Source: Marsupella aquatica (lineage: Eukaryota > Plantae > Marchantiophyta). Taken from it: a stretch of DNA of 64,000 nucleotides. The stretch is taken from positions 13,327,270 through 13,391,269 of the forward strand of contig OZ316892.1 of NCBI GenBank assembly GCA_973895155.1, read 5' to 3'. Of the stretch, positions 37,101 to 49,533 are shown in pieces. Under the pieces are notes generated by a model. That model searched no databases, was not told the DNA's origin, and saw nothing but the letters and a program-made list of their open reading frames with translations. The position numbers and the translations under genes are program-made. The stretch's first letter is position 1; the number at the start of each line of letters is the position of its first letter.

Positions 37101-38713
37101 GTCAGACACTTACCCATAACCTTTAGGAATCACAGATTGAAAGGCTTGAGGCAAAGTTTAAGGGAGGAACTTCGAAAAAAGTGTCCTATATGACCAAATG
37201 GCAGATGTTTCATGAGAATACAAATGATTCTTTGATGACCAATGGCAGATGTTTTGCGAAGTGACAAATTCCATAAGCATCAGGCGCGACTTTGGGTTTC
37301 TGGGCCAGATCATTGGGGCTGGGGGCTCTTTTGCGGAGGGTATAGTTTGGACCGTTGAGGGCTCCCTGGCATTGTCTGTTCTCTGGTGCTCCAGTTCGTG
37401 CTGCCTGAGGGCTAATAAGGTTGCTGTGGGTCTGTTGCAGTGGGCTGGCTCATGGTAAGGCTTCAAAGCACCGTCGTACACTTTAAGGCCAGGACAAAAT
37501 CATTATGGGTTACCAAAATTACATACCCGATAGAGGTGGACACAATAAAACTGTAACTTATGGAAGAATTTTGACACACCCTATTGGTTTGGCCTCATGG
37601 CCTGTTCCTGTTTTACAAAGGCTGTAGTTCAACTAAATTTTGTAGAGGATAGCTAAATTATGCTTAGGTGGCATGTAATATTGTCCCCGGTGATATAACT
37701 AAGTATTTTGCACCAGATGGAAAGCAAAATGCTTGGAAAGTTGATGCCTCATTACTAAAAGATATTGGTAAGTTCGATAGCAACGATGGTTGGCATCAAT
37801 TCGAAGCATCTCTTGCAACGGCTTAGCATTTGGGTGTTGTAACCCGCTTTATGATTGCCATCTATGGTCTCAAGTATACCTCAGACATGCAAAGCCCCAA
37901 ATCGAACTATTACTGCAAGAAGGAGCTAAGATACCTCGTGGGGGTGGCACTCGTTTTAAATTGTCAAAACCAAGCGCAATCTTGTAACTATTACAAATAT
38001 CCTTTTGTTCGGCTAGATACTATCCTTTGTTAACAATATAAGTGAATGATGGATATACCCTGTTCAAAGAACAAGTAAACTAAAATCAGAGAGCCAGGAA
38101 GACGAGACAAGAAAAGGATCACAACGATCTGAAGACCTTTCACACTAGCTGTATCCGATTACATTCGCTCACTCGTAAGATCCGGGTTAGCACTTAGCAC
38201 AGGACCTTTGTGGCTCAGATGGAGTATCTTCACAAATAAAATTCGGAGGGGGAAGAACAGCACAGAACTTTGGCTCAACCAAAGACTTCCTTCTCTCTAA
38301 TTTTGAGCAGAGGACCCTTAAAGGACGGGGGATAGCCACCGATGAGAATGAAAGAGACTATTATCGCCCAATCAACCGTTTGCACCACATAAATGCCATA
38401 GACCAGAAAAAGTTTCCTCCGTGTTCTTGGAGCAAACACATGAACCATTCCCGCTTAAACAGTGCTTCAGATGCACAAACTACCTGGAAACCCATTGCCA
38501 CGGAAAAAAACTGATCCTCAGACGCATCGCCGGAAGTCATGTAAGTTGTTCAGAACAAGGAGCCGCGATTCAGGACCTAACTAAAAGCGCCAGTAAAATC
38601 CCTCCACTGTCTTGTGCCCAGTTAGTGCAGTAAAGCGTGGCAGCAGTTGGCAATGTAGAACCTTCAGGTAACCACCATTCGATAGTCATTCCGTGCCACA
38701 TTGAATCTCACCC

Positions 38714-41700
38714 CTAAGCGCACTTGCGGTGGACATATGATGGCCCATGCTCCTCATATCTGCACCGAACACATAACCACAGAACAGTCACCATAGGGCC
38801 GTCTTCCTTGCATTATGTCATTGAATCTACAGAACTGCCCTTCACACCGTCGCAAGTCAAGCATTCAAGGTCCATCTTAGTAAGAGGCTTTTCCTAGACT
38901 TTTTTCCATCTTCTTCCCAGACAATTTTTTTCTTGCCTTTTCCATTCCCAGACAATCTTAATGGAGTTCAACTACAAAACAGCTCTGCAGATTGTCACAA
39001 CATTCCAGGTGCGTCAAAGGTCCTCTAGACAATCCGGATCAAATGGAAAACGAACATAGCAGCTTTCTTCCTGTCGAAAGGGATACGTACGCCACAGAAC
39101 CATAGACGGGGGAAGATCTCCGCAACATATTTGGATAAAGATAAAGAACGGAGAATGCACTTTGAGTCAGCCGGAAACTGTATGACACTAAATCATCGAC
39201 TGGAAATCTGCAATTTGTCTATGATATATTTGACTTACTCTGCTTTCGAGAGCCACATTTGCTGAAATGATCCTAGAGATGCCAATATACTTCCTCCAAT
39301 CCACACACTGCACAATTAATACAACAGGGTTATTCAGTACCTTGAAGCAACCTACTGCGAATTTTCATGAAGTGCATGGGAAAAGAACTGATTTTCCGCG
39401 AATGAATCTTGCACAACTTTTGAAAAGGAAAAGACCAACCTGAATCGTCTTTCAACTGCATTTCCGCTAGCAAGAACTTTCACTCTGGCAGCTTGAGGTG
39501 CTTCCTGCATGAGATCATTTCAAAACTAGCTGAAACGCTACAGCGCTACCAAGCAAGACAAACTACATTGATCATCAGCAGAGATGGACACCATTCATCA
39601 TTTACGAAGTTCGCCACCTACTTCACAATTTCTTTACTGATCCAATTTTCCTCTGGACACATCTGGAGGACCTTGGTCTCTCATTATCTGGATCCTGCGA
39701 ATGGTGAAGTCAGAAAATAACAATTACCTCCATCAGGTCCTTCTCTAAGCGTTCCTTCATTTGTTGCATTGCAGCAGTCCCTCCTGCAAGCTATCATGTA
39801 CCAACGAAAATCCCCAATCCGACAGGACAACATTAACTCATTATGGCTGTAAGATAATGAACATGTTTCATTCTCTTAATCGCAGGGAAGGTCAAATTGC
39901 TAAGATCTCCACACCCGAGTATGCATAAAAAAAAACCGACGACAGTGTCCGAACCTTCAAATGAGTGATCCCTAGTGAAGTAGGAGGCATACAATGATTA
40001 TTTCACGCCAGTTCCTAAGCTAGATTTCTTCCCACTGAACATGCTAGAACTGTAGATAAAATTTTCTTGATCCTAAAGTGAAGAAAGACCCTTGAACAGG
40101 GCCTGTACAGAGCGGAAGTGGTACCAGTATACTGCTGAACAACTCCCTCCTTATGTCAACATCACATTTGTTGATACTTTCTATGACCTGCATGTTGTTA
40201 GGATATCCATGAATTAGTCCAACTGGGAATATTTTACTTAAGAGCTTCCTACATACTTCCCACAAGTAGATCCAGAGCGACTAAGCTAAAATCATTCGAA
40301 ACCAAACCTTCATTTTCGAATATTCACAAGCAGGTGGGAAATGAACACAGCTTAGTGCACTTGAATAACAACACACCCACAAACAAAACCAAACAAAATT
40401 ATTGAGATCAACAGTTGGTATTCTAGTTTGCTGTAGAAAAGCTGGGGAGTTTTAATGTGTCAGAACTTGACCATATGTGGGAGACCTCGTATTGAATTTC
40501 CAGCCTCCGCAGCATACGTTTCCATTCCAGGTATTCTCTGCACATCATTGCAGAAACAACATACTTGATCACCAGAGTGAAAGCGAGGAGAAGATTTGGA
40601 GGCCAGAAGTGCAAAAATCAGGTGCAATTAGTTACTAGCACAAGTCCTACTAGTAGGTGACTATCTGATCTAATCTGCTCAACCATTGGGTTACAGAAAG
40701 AGTCAGAATCTTTCTTGATCAATTGGAGCAGAGCATTTGTGCTCCTATGATTTATCTCTGTGCAGACCAAACCCTGTAACTGGACTTCACAAATAGCTGA
40801 AGACCCTTGAAACGTTTCCTAATCTTCTGATGGAAGTCAACTTCAAAAGATGAGGATAGAAGTCAGCATCCCAGGAACTCAAGTTAGTTGCTGGCTTCGC
40901 CTATTTGTCCGTGTTGGCTAAGGTGGAAAAGTAGCCTGTCCAGAAGGACCTGCTACACCCCCACGTAAACAGCTGTATCGCTACGATAACTTACAAACGC
41001 TACCCCAACTTTATATTCGAGCATTGAACTCATTCATTGTCAGGCACTCCTACTGTCCATATGTAAACCTAATCTGAATCAAAGCCAAGAAAGGTGGCAC
41101 AGTTGGAGCTCCCAAAAGGATTGAGGGACCCTGCAGGGTAAGAGTAACAAGCTGACATTTCCATACAGTCAACCTTCTACTCTAACATAGGTCTAGCTTG
41201 ATTTTACATTGACATATATATATGGAAACCGGACACCTCCAGCAAGATCCCAACACGGCAGGGTAGTGGTAGTCCTTCGTCTCCAGGAACTGAATGACTG
41301 GAGGTCGCTACCGTGAAACCTTTCCAAGCCTTCTCAAATCAGTAGCTCAACCTTGGCTGAAAAGAAGTGGACTGCTGTTCGATGGTTTACGTCTACTACT
41401 AAGTAAATAAGGAGTGCACGACACTACTTAGACTAGATATGTGCAAGAGCCATTCCCGCCAAATTACCAAAAGATCTGCAATTAAGCCTCTTAGTAAACT
41501 TGGTCCTCCCCAAAGAAGTTCGGCAAAACAATTATGAGCCGTCAACAGAGACAAAAAGAAACAAATACATTACTCACCACCGGTAACCTTAAAGTACTGG
41601 CGTGGACCTATGTTCACGTGACCTATTCTATTGCAAATGAGAAACAGAGGATCAGTTTTTGGAGGCTTACATGAATAAGGGACGGGTTGAACATCAGATC

Positions 41701-44700
41701 TGGAATCTTGAAACGATCAGCACCAACCTCAATTATCCTAATAGAGAAGAAACAATCAGTCTATGTTCAAAACGTGGAGGAATCAATTTGTGATCTTTGT
41801 TCAATGAGAGAGGCAAATGACAATGTGCGAGTTTCCAGCAAAATTGATGACATTTGAAAAACAGTCTAGACGCAAAAGTAAGCCTAGGTCACCGAAAGAC
41901 TTGGAACATACTGTCCATCAGGTAGCTCATACGGTGTTGTAGGGATGTTTGAATAAGCACTCTCTGCAATGGCAAAACTTGTTCAGAGTACGGTCTTTCC
42001 AATCACGTACATCACACGACTATGATGCGGTCTAGCGTCAAATCAAAGAAACATGATTATTTCCAAGAAGAGCAGACTTATTCTAGCGTACGACGAGTAA
42101 AAGGCTCTAGAAGGCCAACATTAGGAGAGGAAAACCTTCAAAAGGGCTGTCTGGCACCCGACAAACAACCTCTTTCACATCTGCTGCAACTGCTCTCTGT
42201 TGCACAACCACGAGACAGGGAGTTAGCTAGCTTCTACCGTCATTTAGGGTATATCGTCGTGGAGAAAGAGGTTCATTTGTAGGAAACCTCAGCATCTGAA
42301 AATTGTCAACTTCTTCACAGTTAAGTTCTTTGCAAGCGGAGACTGGGTCTATTCGTTCAGTCAATTTACCTGCATGTATAATCTGTAGCTTTCAGTAGTG
42401 TGTGGAACCTCCACATCGGTCACCTGCTCATCAACCACTTGCAAAACAGAAAGTGTATAATGGCTGGTCGGAAGCAACCCGGAAAAATTGCAGAAAACAG
42501 AAGTGCAAGGAAGTGGTGTTGCTGACGACACGTGTAGTTCTTCATTTATAAAATATGAGAAAATTAAGCCAATCTTGCATCCTCACTTTATACATTCATC
42601 CGCAAAGCTTGGATATGGTAAGTCGATTGAGACGACAATAGACACAACCATTCTCACATCTGGTCCCTATTCGATGATTTCAAAAACTGAAGTCATGCAA
42701 CGGTTTTCCAAGGGGTGCAAGTATGGAGCACAGACATGATCACAGGGGAGTTGGGCCGTATCAGAAGATAGTTACTACTAACCTCAAATTCACCAGGACG
42801 AACTTCTTTCCGCCTAAAAGCGTACCGAGCTTTGACCTGTGCAGGAGATCCGTTTCTTAAAGAAGAAGATAGAAGAAATCACTTCCTAAATGGCAAAATC
42901 ATGAATTACTCATGCGAGACGAAACTACGATCTAGGTGCACCAATTAAACCACCGAGTGATTAAATCTTTGACAAATCCAGAGGGAGAAATCCAATGTTG
43001 TAGCTCGTAAGAATATGGAGTGCCAGGTAACTTACGGATATTCCTTTCCCCTCCAGAGTATTGAGCATGCAGTTAGTCAAAAACTCCCCTCCGATTGGAG
43101 ATCTGACAATAGCCTAATCCACCAACAAGATTGAAAAATTAGGACTTCAGAGAATTTAAAATATCTTGTTATATGCTTCTTCGCACAATGCAATCTTTTA
43201 GAACCTGTCTCGCAAAACAGATACCCAAAATTCAATAGACAGCATCAGGAAATTCCTCCTAGTTGTACCTTTTGGAGAACATAACCATCATGCACTGCAG
43301 CAACTGTTGTGGACCCTCCTCCACTGTAAACAATCATACCATAACAAAATCCAATGAGTGTAATCTTTTGCGGCTTCCGCCAGAACAGACATCTCACAAG
43401 TAAAGCTGCGATGCACTCTCAAGATTCTGTATGAATCTTACTAAGTGTCCCTTGACACGATTCGTATAATGCCAACTTGCACATTCTCCCTATGCTTAAA
43501 TACCAGCTACAAATGAATCCTTATTCGAACATTCGACCAACATTGTCAGAACACTTTGCCTCTTTCTGGGATTTGTGGACCAAAAACTCATCGCTGGCTG
43601 AAAGAAATCCAAAACATGCTCGTACACAAGGATTTATCTTAAGTAACATAAGTTGTGAATTGCAACTACACACGCCAAAACTTGGGTGTCTTGCAGACAA
43701 TTCACCAACTTCACTATCAGACACGGCCGAACAAACTAAAAACCCTCGAGGTGAACTTCAACTAAAGCAACAGACCAGGTGCACAGTCTGACCAGTCAAC
43801 AACCAATGAAGTGGCTCGTCCAGATGCAAATGATGTGAGCACCTGCCAGAGAGAGAAACGGCGCAATTAAAACAGGCCAAAGACTCGACCATCCTCTGTT
43901 GTTTCCTTTCCTTCAGCGTTATAAAAGGTGAAAGCAGACTACAAGTTTGATTCTCTTGAGACAGTACATGCATCCACCGAAAGAAACACAACTCACAAAT
44001 CATAAGAGCCACCTCAACTGTGTCAGGAGAAAGGGCCTCAAAAGTTCTATAATATGTAAATGGAAGCTACAAATCTTGTCAACCCCACAATGATATCGTC
44101 TAGGACTCTCTCCACTGAAAGTATACAAAGAGCGAAGTCGGGGCCACCCCACTATACAGTGACAATATGTAGCTTGACAATAGGCGACATTGGTTTATGC
44201 AGAAAGCAAGAACTCACCCGCACTTTCCTCTAGCTCCTATCTACAGGACATATGCCATGTTCCTACCCATCTACTTCCAAACATCACCCACACAATCTCT
44301 AAAGGTTGAATATTTTACCGCATTCTTCACGAGAAATACAGCGGGAACACCGTACTTCTCAAACATCAGCTCCACCATTCTGCCAACAAATTACAATTCA
44401 GTAGACAATTGATTGCTTTTGTGAATGTCTCAATTAGCGCAAACATGATGCTTTGCTAGTCCGAACAACTGAAGAGAAAGTGGCAACCAATGGCCGATTA
44501 GATTAGGCGAATCCAAGCCCACAGGAAATGACGATAATTTTGCACTTTTTGTATTTCCTTAAACCTGTTTTAAGCAAGGTAAAATTAAGCGCTGCCTGTT
44601 CCAATCTGGAGCCCTTACTCAGATAACAAAGTTAGAAACTGTTCAGCGCCCATGACGTCACAGTAGACAGAAATTCACAGACTGAGTCTCACTTTTCTCG

Positions 44701-46779
44701 GTGCGGAGCTGTGTTGAATGACGGTTCAGCCAGTAACATGGGGTGCTCCGTTGGATCAATCATCAGTCGATCACTGACCTCATACCACAAAGGAAAATTT
44801 TCAGAATGCCGCAATCAGAACCATATTACCAACACTTTGACGCCAATGATATGAAAACCTCGGTAAAGATCGATGGACATGACAACGAGACAGTGAGTAT
44901 CAAGAGACGTCAAGGTAGACAACCCTTGACAAGATCTCTGTCGATCAGCTCAAATCAAAATTTTAACATTTTTTATACCCCAAGAAACACGTTCCCCATC
45001 TCCACTGTCACATACCATATACGTGGTGACACTCTGTTACCAGCCTCTAAAAAGACCTAATCAGATTATAGTCAACGACTTCACACAGAATGACTAGATG
45101 TACGACTTCCAAACCAGCTAAATGAGTATCCTTCAGCAGTGGTCCAAGTTTTTCTCACTACAAAAGAAACTCCTGCGCAAACAAATCCAATTTCAAGAAA
45201 AATCGCATCATAAAGTTGCTCCAATTACCGCAATGTATGATCCAAGATGCTTTCGACAATATCCCAGTCATGTATCAGTCCATCTTTCAATGCAGGTATC
45301 ACCTGGCCAACAATAAGATACCAAAACCCTTGAAATAGATACGACCTGCAATCCTCATGCCTCCAAGCCAATTCACCGTAGCCAATGAAAAAATATAGAA
45401 CAGTGACCATATGCAGCAAAACGAAAAGCAAATCGTCCTGAATTCATTTGCACTAATGATCCCGAACAAAAGTGAGTCAAATCGGATTGCATCAATTCCA
45501 AGAACCCAGAAAGTATATAACTGTAAATCAATCACTGTGCATGGTAACCGATCCTGAGAATGATTTAGAGGTCCACATGGCTTTAATAGATCAAACAACC
45601 ATGTAGCGATAAGAATACAGATGAAATTGAATTGACATCGGTAGAAGGGCTGGACCGCTTGCCTCCATGTAGTCACGACGGTAGCCTACAGCCTGAACGC
45701 CAGCATAGAGCTTTCTCGTGAGTTTTCCTTTCCCAATTTCTGCCGTTCTATTCCCCGCCTTTCCGTCACCACTCTTGCCCATTTCATTTTCTCCGCCAAG
45801 CTTATCCACTTCAGGCAGTAAGTTCCGGTCGACCGACCCGACCACCTATAAAGAAAAACCAAGACGATAACCACGACAATTGTAAGCCCATGTGACGCAA
45901 TGAAGGAACTGAAAGATGGCATTGAGAGAAGACTTTTAGGAAATACTTACAAGTCAGGGTAAACCCCAACTTGTGGAGCTACAAAATATTCTTCAATGGA
46001 GAGACAAAAATATACTATTCAGGGAACTGGAAGGTCGCATCATGGACCACGGAGAGCCACATGTGAGCAAGAAATCATGTGACCGACAAGCAGGACTCAG
46101 AGAATTCCCAGCAGCGAGGTGCAGGTCAGCAAAGTCGAACAGAGTTCTCATGTCCAATCTCACCGACGGTAGGACGGCTTTTGGAGCATCTTCACCAGCA
46201 TATCCAGCTTTACATGTGTGCGAGCCCAAATCCAGGACTATCGCGGACACTTCATCTGCAGCGGTCACGACGACTGTGTTATGTACACAATGTGGCACTC
46301 GAACGGAAAGCTCGATAGGAGTGTACTACAGCTGAAGCCACGAAGAAACTATCCTCAACGCTCGCCCAAGTTCAGGACCCTCAGGCAAATTATGTGTTGA
46401 CTTCTTTCAGTCTCGAGCCGATTGGAGGCCTCAGAGTGTCATAATTCATTGCTTTGAAAGGCCACAAGAATGACAGTATGGAATATGCGGGCTGAGATGC
46501 ATCAGGAATACTTCGCAAAATCGTTGTATAAACCCAGCATGAATGAGAGCCACCTTAAATTCATTGCTTTACAAGGCCACAAGAATGACAGTATGGAATA
46601 TACGGACTGGGATGCATCAGGAATGCTTCGCAAATTGTCGAAAAAATCCAGCTTGAATGAAAGCCACCTTTAGCAATCTTTAAGCTAGGAAAAACATAAT
46701 TTTCGGCCAAGGAAACAATGCTGCAGGGCTTGGGCTCCTTGCGAGAGACGAGTAGAGATGACTTACCTCCTCCGTACAT
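38714..46779 (-). CDS. ARP4: Actin-related protein 4 (nuclear ARP of NuA4/SWR1/INO80/SWI-SNF complexes); 20 exons
   Basis: Exons (minus strand): 46779-46767, 46255-46164, 45845-45663, 45302-45229, 44773-44693, 44379-44319, 43842-43793, 43323-43269, 43113-43036, 42836-42783, 42423-42370, 42196-42136, 41963-41912, 41737-41671, 40537-40472, 40187-40125, 39790-39728, 39504-39440, 39307-39239, 38759-38714. Translation: [31 protein letters not shown]...EHPMLLAEP...YELPDGQ...[19 protein letters not shown]...[23 protein letters not shown]...RKCA*. Confidence 0.95.
46443..46671. repeat. ~115-bp tandem duplication in ARP4 intron 1
   Basis: AATTCATTGCTTT..AAGGCCACAAGAATGACAGTATGGAATA...TGAATGA.AGCCACCTT occurs twice. 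Confidence 0.9.
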
Positions 46780-47699
46780 TCCCGAGTGAAGTGAGGGCCC
46801 TCTCAACAAAAGTGTTGTCCGTCCGTCCGCTGAGAGAAATCGCGCGGGACAGAAACTGAGAGAAACTTTTAATTTTTGTCAGTTGCTTGTTACACCTTGA
46901 TTACCGAGAGTCCCGATTGCAGCAGCGACATTCAAGTGAACTGCAGGAGCCATATAGTACGTCAAATTCAAAGACTACAGAATGCTCAAAAAGCCCGCGT
47001 ACAGACAGAGTGTTCGTCAAGCTAGGTTTCTGTGCTGAGCTTCGATAAAACGCTAAAACCTAATGTAGCGGAGAACGAAACCGAGACAGAGAGTGAGAGT
47101 CGATCGAGCTAAGATTTCTTTGCGGGAGCTCGACAAAATGCTTCGACCTGGATGCGAACGACGTGAACGAGAGAGGCTAATACTTAATTAATAGAGCTAA
47201 CAAGATTGCCGCGCGTAGCTTCAAAAGAAAAATTGCTTCAACCTACTAGTGTGGTTGCAAGCGAATAGACGACGAATCAAGCGAGCGTTCCAGACGACGA
47301 GTGAGGTGAGAGAAGGAGAGAATTTCATACCGAGAGGGCTTTTTTAGTTTAGTTCGCGAGGGGATGAGCTTGAAATGGAGTGACAAGTATAACCATTTTT
47401 AGTTTAGTTCGCGAGGAGAAGAACTGGTTACACCGTAAATTCTGTACGAAAGAAAGGTAACTGGTCTGTAATATTTTTGAAAGGGTGGAACAAACTTCAC
47501 ACTTCGGTACGAATGCAGGTGGCACGTAACCATTTGGGGGGGCTCATGCGATTAGCATTATGGGTCTTGGTAAGTGGTAACTGAATGAAATCTGTGGAAC
47601 CAAGTTTTTGTTATGGCTAGTGGCACTTTAAATTGACAAATACACACCTATATTAGCACATTTTGATGTGTGATTACTCTCAGGGCAGAATTACCCTTT

Positions 47700-48410
47700 T
47701 TTGAGACATTGTTTGGGGTTCTGGCCTGAACCCTCCTCCAAGAAACTCAGATATCCGGACCAGCTGCCATCGGTCAGGATTTTTTCACTTTTTGGTCAGA
47801 GGGTTGTGGGCTAGTGATCCCGAAAGAGACCTCCATTATCTCTGTACTGTAACCAATTTTTGAGGGAAGAAGCTTTACCGGTGTGAAATCATTTATGGAG
47901 GTCCCTTCTATTTCCCTAATCTTCTCCCCATAAAGTTATGATAGTTGACTTTTTGGCCATAGGTTACAGCCTAGTAACCCTCTGCCCAAACCATCATTAC
48001 CCTACACCTCCTTCAGGCAAGGTGTGTACAGGTAACTGTGTGTGTGGGTGCTATAGTGGAGGGAGTATTGATTGTGGTCTTCATCTTAGACTAGCTCATT
48101 AACCTTGTCTTCTGTATGTGAGCATGGGCACAAACCTATAAACCCCTCCTAAATTCTTCTCTTTGTATTTCTGTAGATGCTTATGAGGCATTATCTCAAC
48201 GTAAGCCACATTACCTCTCTGGCAGCCTGGCCTGGGACTCTCACTTTTGAAGGATAATGGGTTGGAACCCCCTTGGCTATTACATCCCATTACCCTCTCT
48301 CTTGGGGATGGGTTACCCTACATATAGAACCCCTTGTGTACTTTTCTCTTTGTATTTCTATCTATGATTATGAACCATAACCTCTCTTGCCAGCCTGGCC
48401 CAAGGTCTCT
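47700..48410. repeat. LTR-like repeat fragments between the divergent ARP4 and FYV7-like genes
   Basis: Two TACCCTACA termini (ending ~48006 and ~48322); on the minus strand the first is preceded by a purine run GAAGGAGG. There is homology to 36876-37100 and a partial local duplication at 48325-48410. Confidence 0.45.
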
Positions 48411-49299
48411 TAATACCCATGGTGATTTTTCTCATTATAACTATCAAGGCATTATTATTAAAGAAGAAAGCAGAATTTCAATGGACTTATTATGAAAGTT
48501 AGAAACAAAAGCCCAGATGGACCAGGACATTGTCCCTGCCCATCCCCATGGACTGCATAAAGCAATCGTTGCTTTTATACCGAAAAGAAAAAGGAACCAG
48601 TCGCAGATCGCAGTTGACAACTTTGATTACCTTAGGAAGAAAGTAGTAAAGACGTCATGGCGATCCTGAGTAATGGCTTGAAATCTTTGAGGTTCAAGGT
48701 CATCAAATAGTCAAGTTACTAAGGAAACCTGTAATTGAAATTGGCTGCAAATGGTAGGGAGATTGTTTACAGGTCACATTTCAGTCAAAAATGTGACCTG
48801 TAAACTTGGATGTTCTAAGCAAGTCCATCCAAGTTTTTCCAGTCCATCCGAGTATCATAGACAAAGTGGAGGTCCATCTCTCCTTAGTTCATGAAAGTTT
48901 CTATATTTTTACTAAAACTAGTAAAACTAATAGTCTTTTAGGCCTTTAATTAAGGTCTTATTACCACAACATTAGGGCATCTCAAACATTGCCTTGTTGC
49001 CTCCTGTTGCAGTCAGCGACGGATTCCCGGGAATAAAGGGGCCGACTCAAAAATCCATGTCCACACACTACTGAACCTTGACCTAAACTGATAGTTCTGG
49101 ACACCATGTTTATCTCCCAAGTCCAAGCTTTGAGACGCCCTATTATAGTCAATAATAAGGCCTCCAAACTCAATCTATTACTCTCAGGCACTACATCCCA
49201 CAATGAGAACCTTACTCTATAAGTAGTGTTTAGATCAGATAGATAATTCTCGCTCTACTCACTCGACTTCTTCTTGTATTGCCGTAAAGCCCTGTCAAC

Positions 49300-49316
49300 T
49301 TTAGGGTTTAGGGTTT
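49300..49316. promoter_or_regulatory. Telo-box (interstitial TTTAGGG repeats)
   Basis: TTTAGGGTTTAGGGTTT lies ~220 bp upstream of the FYV7-like ATG. Telo-boxes are known in plant ribosome-biogenesis promoters. Confidence 0.6.
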
Positions 49317-49533
49317 AGCTCATCGACCCTTTACGTAATCTGTTTCGTATCATCATTCTTTCTGCAAGTATCTTCAAGACAGGGTTCACTTATCAACGCT
49401 TTACTTACTATGGTTCGGATGTTCCCTTTTTGGATCCACCGCGATTCCAATTTCGTCGCGGTTCGTGGAACGATGCAGATTTTCACGCTGCGAATTCAAA
49501 TCCTGTGAGAGCAGACATTACCTCTGTCTTACC

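Noticed and set aside
37158-37481. Gypsy integrase C-terminus (LKPYH) in a 107-aa minus-strand ORF
   Set aside because: A single five-residue motif is not enough support.
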